From positions 3,210,260 through 3,274,259 of the forward strand of contig CAJINV010000003.1 of NCBI GenBank assembly GCA_905178155.1: a stretch of 64,000 nucleotides of DNA. The letters are read 5' to 3'. This stretch comes from Amoebophrya sp. A120. Lineage: Eukaryota; Protista; Dinoflagellata. Positions 58,216-64,000 of this stretch are shown here, one piece after another. Within the stretch, counting starts at the first letter, position 1. Each line of letters opens with the position of its first letter. The position numbers and the translations under genes are program-made. The notes beneath the pieces were generated by a model. That model did no database searches. It had not been told where the DNA came from and saw nothing but the letters and a program-made list of their open reading frames with translations.

Positions 58216-61200
58216 CTAATGCTCTACCTCCTCCGCAGCAAATTCGTCTTCCAGGCTCCCCTTCTTCGTTTGCTTCTTTTTGGATTTCGGTTGCTGATCC
58301 CAGCGAGGAAGCATGTGGTAGTCAATACCAGCCAGGTAGCTGACGTACTGCGCGGACGACCCGTTCCACACCTCTCCGATCCCAACGGCGACGTCTCGTT
58401 CGTTCATTGCGCCACCCTTCGCCCGCTCCTCCAACGCGCGGAGGTCATCTACTACCTGATGTTAATGCGACGAATTGCCCGCATTTCGCTGCGCCAAATG
58501 GCTACGCAGGAGCATTTCGCTTGCACTGAACCACAGCAAATGTGTATGTAGGAGCTTCCACTGAACTAAAGCAAGTGTGTATGTAGGAGCATTGCGGTGG
58601 TATGTTTATGCAGTTGAGCCCAATGTTTATGCAGGCGCATCAATGCGCATCAATGTGATCACTCACCTTTTTCATCGGAGACATCAAGTCGACTTCCAGG
58701 CTTTCGAAGAATTTCGTAAATGAGTCCAGAAGTGTGGACGGCACGCCCGGCAAACGCGGCCGCGTTTTTAGCAACGCAAGCACTACCATTCTCGAAGGGT
58801 CACTCGAAGCCGGAACCATGAGACTGTAGTCCGGCGCCAGAACGTCCCAGGTCTCCGTGTGTTCCGCGAACCACTTCGCGACGGCGTCAAGCAGCTCCAC
58901 TTCCTCCCCTCCCACGGCGGGGATGCGGTATTCGTGGAGCATCACCATGGCTTCGATGAAGTCAGTCGCGAAAAAAACCCACGCGGAGACTCCATTTTCG
59001 ACCGCTCGGAATAACGAAGCGACAAAATTGTCGAGATGGAGTGGCTGCAATGCCTCCTCCTCAGGCCAATTGTCCGGGACTGTTGTGCAGGGGTACGGCA
59101 ATACTGCTGCGCAAGTGCTGAGCAGCTTGCTATCTAAAAAAGATAAAGATACTGAAGATACTGCATCTATTCACTGGGTATTCACTGGGTGTCTCTGCAC
59201 AATGATACTACTCACACTACGCACAATAGAAATACTGTTCGTGCGCTGGGTGAACGTTCTGAAGCTCGGTCGCTCGGTGAACGGGTAGTGCCGGTACGGG
59301 TTCTGGCCCGTTGGCGCGAAACGGCGGGGGGCTCCGCTCGCACCTAAGTCATCGTCCTCGTCGTCAGAGAGTGACATTGCCCCGAACCTCTTGTTTGGCG
59401 TGCGGGATGGATGGCCGGGAGCGTTGTCCGGCCGCGGCGTCGCATCGGCGTCCTCCACAAGGACCTCGCGTTTTTGAGCACCGGGGTCCCCGACGATTCG
59501 GAGGTGCATACTAGGCAACTGCCCGGGAAGGAGTGGGGACGGCGTTGGAAGACTTGCAACCGGCTGGCCCGGATCTGTTACCTGGAGGTTATAGGAACAA
59601 GAAGGTTGAGGAAAGAGAATTCACAACCACGTGGTCTTCTACGGCCAACATCACAGCCACATGTTCTTCTACGGAATCTGCGGCCAACATCACAACCACA
59701 TGTTTTTCTACGTCCTGTGGCGGCGCCGTCGGGCCCGACGCGCGCGAGTGCTGTCTGTCCTCCAAGTTCGGCTCGAGGGCTTCGCTCGATCGCGCGCCGG
59801 GGGCTGAGACGATTCGTTGGCGCATGCTGGGCAACTGCCCGGAACGGAGTCGGGACGGCGTCGGAACACCTGCAAACGGCTGGCGCGGATCTGTTACCTG
59901 GAGGTAAAGGGAAAAACAATTGTCAGGCCTGTAGCGCCATGTATTGGCCGCGCTTTTTCTGCTATGTTATGCGCCAGCCAACATGAGAACTTCGCACGTT
60001 CTTCTACCTGCGGCGGCGCCGACGGATCCGACGACGTTTTGTTCTCCCCGTTCGGTTTGTTCTCCTCGTGCGGTGGGTGTCCTGAACGAAAGCCACCGCT
60101 TGCGGTCCGGCGCACCTCCGGGTCTGCTCTAGAGGAGCTTGGGGCGACCTGCTCCCCTTGCACTGTTCTGCGAGTGGACGCGCCCTGCGCCCCCGCGGCG
60201 GACTCCCAGCGCGCCACAGCCCGGGCAATCGGCTCGCCTGTTCCGTCCGGTTTGTTCTCCACGTTTGGTCTGCTTTCTGCGAGGGCGCAGCTGTTTCCTC
60301 TTTTCTGCACGACCGGTTTGTTTTTCTCCTGGCCGGGAAACACTGCCTCTTCTGACCGAGAGACTCTCTCTTGTGCCGTTTGTTCTCCGCGTTCAGTCTG
60401 CTTCCTGCGAGAGCGCAGCTCCTTCCTTTCTTCTGCAAGGCCGCTCTGTTGTTTTCCTGGCCGGGCAGCACTGCTCCCCCTGGCCGAGAAAGGCTGTTTC
60501 GTGTGCGGGTTGCGAGAAGGACTGTTTCCCCCGTCCTGGACTATTCTGTTCCTGCGAGTCGCGCCGCCCTGTTCCTGAATGGAACTGAAACAGTTGGCGA
60601 GGTCCAACGAGGGCGATACGGATGACCGCGACGGCGATGTGAGGTGATTCCAGACCCGGTGATGGTCACCATGCAGGAGCGGACTGGAGTGGTTCTGCCG
60701 CCCTGGCGTGCGTCGCGGAGCGTCCCGCGCCACCGGGTAAGCGTTTGCAGTCGCCCGGCGGTGGCCCGTCGCCCGGCGGTGGGGACTGTAGACGGAATAC
60801 GCCCGGGGCGAATCGTCGCGGTGGCCCGTCGCCCGGCGCAGGGGACTGTCGTCTTCGCCCGGAGGTGCCCGGCACTCTCCTTCCAGGAGCCGTGCTCGTG
60901 GCAAAGGCAAACCCTGCGGCATACCCTGCGGCATCCGATCTTCGGCTGGGGGCGTCGCTTCCGCATTATTCTGCTGGGGGGAGGCGCCAGCGTCCGCAGC
61001 AGAGTAGTCCGCTCTCGGACCGTGGAGCTGCTTCAGGACAGCGGTGTCGTCCGTAAAGGCGTAACCGGATACCTCGGCCAGGTACGCCTGCAGCAACTCG
61101 GGATCGACCCGATCCGTTTCGCACCGGGCGAACCCGGTCCGGGCCGCAAGCATCCCGACAATTTCGCACAACAACCGCGTGGGCCGCTCCCCGCCGAGCT

Positions 61201-62831
61201 GCACCAGCTCCCGCGCGCCTGAGTGACCCCATTTTTCATCAGATTCACGCAGAAGATGTTATTTTGAACCATGAAGGAGCTCTTTCAACTAGAACTCTTT
61301 TCAACTAGAACGACCGACTCTTTTCAACTAGAACACATGAAGGAAGCAAAAAGGAAGCAAAGGAGTACGGTGCAAGAACGGGTCGACACACATCACAAGT
61401 TCTCGGTCCAGAGCGTCGGGACCCTTTTCCTTCTTCCGCCTGATGTAGCTGGCCAGTTTGTCCGTGGGGTTCCTCACAAACTGGGAAACTATCGCCGCCA
61501 TCATCGTTCCGTACGTCGCCCTCTGGGCGGGGTTCAGTGGGTCTTCAAAACCAAACGGCACCTGCAACTGGGGCGTCTCCCGGAGCCACCGCCTCGCGTC
61601 CTTCACCACTATGCCACAGGAAGACGCTGGCAGGGCATACGCGCACTGCCAAGTAGGCGAGTAAGCACCGTCGAGGCGCGACTAAGAAAGCACCTCGAGG
61701 TGCTACCCCTACGAGTATGGCTGTGACTACACGCAAGCCCTGCCAGTTTTTCCGGTGGGATACACTCCTTGAACTGCAAGAAGTACGCGGGCCCAACCAC
61801 GGAAAGATATCCAGCAGGTGCAACTTCCTGCGCGGCGATAAATAACTAGCATCATACGCGGGAGCATGAGCATGACAAACGGGCGCCGGGCGTCATATGC
61901 GACGCAGCATAACAAAGTGCCGGCCTATCGAGCAGCAAGTCGCATGTTTTGGATACTAATAAACGAATGGCGATCTGGCGGACCATCTCGCGAACCGCCT
62001 CCTCCTCGTTCGCGTGCGCAGCTATGAACTTGTCGATCCACTCCACCTGTATCACAATCGTTGAGCGTTAGTTAACATATCTCATCACCCTCATATCACA
62101 CGCTCGAGGTCACAGGTCTTCAGAACGAGCAACCCAAACGGCTCACCTGTAACTTCGCACGCCTTTGCGTCACGGCGCGACTCTGACGCGTGTGCTGGTT
62201 GAAGATTGGGGGGAACGCGGAGAGACAAATCTCCAGGTCCTCCACGCCCAAAGGGCTCTCCTCCAGGGTCTTGTCCGCCGAGACGGTCCACATCGGCTTC
62301 CTGGTCCCGCTGGCCGCCGCCGCGGCTTGCGCGAGCAAAAACTTCGCGAACGCCGACGCCTTGGCGAAGTTCAAGAAGGACTCCTCCGCGTTTAACTTTT
62401 GCAGCTCCTGCACGGCAAAAGCCACCTGAGTTCCATGTTGAATGTTGATGTCGGTCGAAGCTAGAGAATGAGGGGCGCGTACTGTTCATGCCTGTCAGAG
62501 CTACACTACAAAATGACTCATCAGAAAAGATATCAGAAAAGAGTGAAAAAATGGCAGCAGGCAGCAGAGCAAAGAAGCGAAGGAAATGCACCACGTCAAC
62601 ACCGGGCCCGTGTCGTGTTGCGAACGCCAGGTGGCACGCCGTATCCAGTTCCGCGTTGTGGTCCCAGACCTCCTGCGACTGCTTTGGTATTTTGTAGTGT
62701 AAAAACACGCCTTCCCGGATCTCCGATACGGTTGCGCGCCGCTTGGTAACCGTGTCCCGCTCGTCGACGAGCGACTGCTCGTCCTGCAGGAGCGGCCCAT
62801 CGTCCTCCAGAAAGGGAACGGCGTTCAGCAT
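58216..62831 (-). CDS. Ten-exon orphan protein (about 1130 aa); exons 62831-62592, 62425-62147, 62046-61957, 61827-61731, 61608-61369, 61218-60008, 59897-59712, 59581-59236, 59133-58667, 58455-58216
   Basis: Nine GT-AG introns of 100-211 nt whose phases are all mutually consistent give one continuous reading frame. No recognisable domain. Confidence 0.72.
59505..59907 (-). repeat. Duplicated acceptor-plus-exon-start module, 316-bp period, with short tandem repeats in the intervening intron
   Basis: ggcaactgcccgg...ggatctgttacctggaggt occurs at about 59514-59589 and 59830-59905. tcacaaccac.tg.tcttctacg occurs three times in 59621-59712. Confidence 0.88.
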
Positions 62832-62929
62832 GCTTCCGCTTCCTTCACGTCAGTAGTTGGTGTCGTTTCGTCTCCCTTCTCGCTCTTTGGCGTCCTTCGG
62901 TTGACTCCGTCTCCTTGTAATTATTCTGT

Positions 62930-63921
62930 CGGTGTTGCCGTCTTCCTTTCCGCACTTTGGCGCACTTGGAATGTCTCCGACCGTTGTTGTTTCCGCGCTT
63001 TGGCGTACTTTGAATGTCAAAACTCCGGTATTGTTGTCGTCTTTCTTTCCGCACTTTGGCGTACTTTGACTAGCGCTAGATGAGAGAACACACTGTCTTA
63101 TCTGCTAGCGCAATGAGAGAATCGCTGGAGCCTCACGCGACAGGTGCAGCCGATTTGGTACGTAGTCGCTCGGAAGAGCGCGGGTCACATACACTGCGCA
63201 ACGCGCTTTGCACTCTGAGTCAGCTCTTTGGGCTTTTTCGGTCTCTCCACTGTGGACACGCGGCTCGCTCTGTGTCAGCTCTTTGGGCTTTTGCGGTCAC
63301 GCCACACCGTGGACACGCAACTCTCTCAAGGGCTGTTTTGACAATGCCAGGCGCTCACTCTCTCAAGGGCTGTTTTGACAATCCCAGGCGCTCACAAAAG
63401 TTTGACATGTGCGCGTCCGTCCCTCACAAGAGATTGCCTTGTACGTGCGCAGTCTGACAACAACACGGCGGGTGAGCGTGTCCTACAGAGCACAGCTGTG
63501 GAAGGTGTGATCCGTCTGGCTATCTTGGCAGATCAGATCGATGATGTTGGATTCGTGCCAAGTAGATTCGTATGAGTTACTTTGCTTCCTTGCGCTGTTG
63601 CACTATGACGCTGATGCGCTGTCGCAAAAAACTAAGGTCGTGAACGTGTCAAAATTTTTTGAAAACTATGGCCGTGGACGTCTCACGTAGAAACCACATC
63701 GACGCGCTTTCTCGAGCGTCGTCAAACAGAAACAGTCTTGTGAATGCGACTAGCGAAGCAGTCTTGTGAATGCGACAAGCTGCTGGCGATATGGACGTCA
63801 AACAGAAACAGTCTGGCGAATGCGACAAGCTGGTGCTGGCAATATGGACGTGAACGCAATAAAAGACTATGGACGTGAACGCCAAGTTGTGGCATCGAAG
63901 TGGCGTTCTGGCATCGAAGTC
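62930..63921. repeat. Cluster of short imperfect tandem duplications
   Basis: tttccgcactttggcg(t/c)actt-like unit x3 (62946-63069); gtcagctctttgggcttt..gtggacacgc x2 and ctctctcaagggctgttttgacaat..ccaggcgctcac x2 (63218-63395); cgtcaaacagaaacagtct, gaatgcgac, tatggacgt and tggcatcgaagt repeats (63720-63921). Confidence 0.88.
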
Positions 63922-64000
63922 GTGTTGTCTAAAAGAGTATGGCCTTCAGCCTCAGCCTCAAGATACGGAAGCTCTGTCATCGAAAAAATTGTGCTATCTA

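Noticed and set aside
62930-63921. Repeat clusters as a CRISPR array
   Set aside because: Units are heterogeneous, degenerate and lack constant repeats with unique spacers; the context is eukaryotic with no cas genes.

Overview
Eukaryotic (protist) nuclear DNA, not prokaryotic. About 14 intron-poor genes lie head-to-tail on the + strand (1.3-52.9 kb): ankyrin-repeat protein, DHHC palmitoyltransferase, RING-H2 protein, N6AMT1/HemK2, ATP23, a PhyH-dioxygenase/cysteine-desulfurase-like fusion, a CARM1-like PRMT, a cytochrome-b5/acyl-CoA dehydrogenase, a mucin-like lectin, an SDR and several orphans. A convergent strand switch then leads into a different-looking block (53.6-64 kb) of intron-rich minus-strand orphan genes with dense short tandem duplications. 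The strongest signal is four MITE-like introns (14.6, 20.6, 21.3 and 50.4 kb). Each has terminal inverted repeats starting TAT/TAC and ending ATA, a perfect 5-bp flanking duplication and an internal TGT(G/C)ATGC motif. Removing the element plus one duplication copy restores the reading frame exactly, and no GT-AG boundary does. Co-oriented genes, insertion-bloated proteins and TIR-bearing non-canonical introns fit the parasitic dinoflagellate Amoebophrya (Syndiniales), where such introner elements are known; this assignment is an inference. Other candidates for novelty are an H3-like histone-fold segment in an orphan protein, the PhyH/PLP-enzyme fusion and a GC-rich decayed coding relic. All gene models were spliced by hand with no transcript data.
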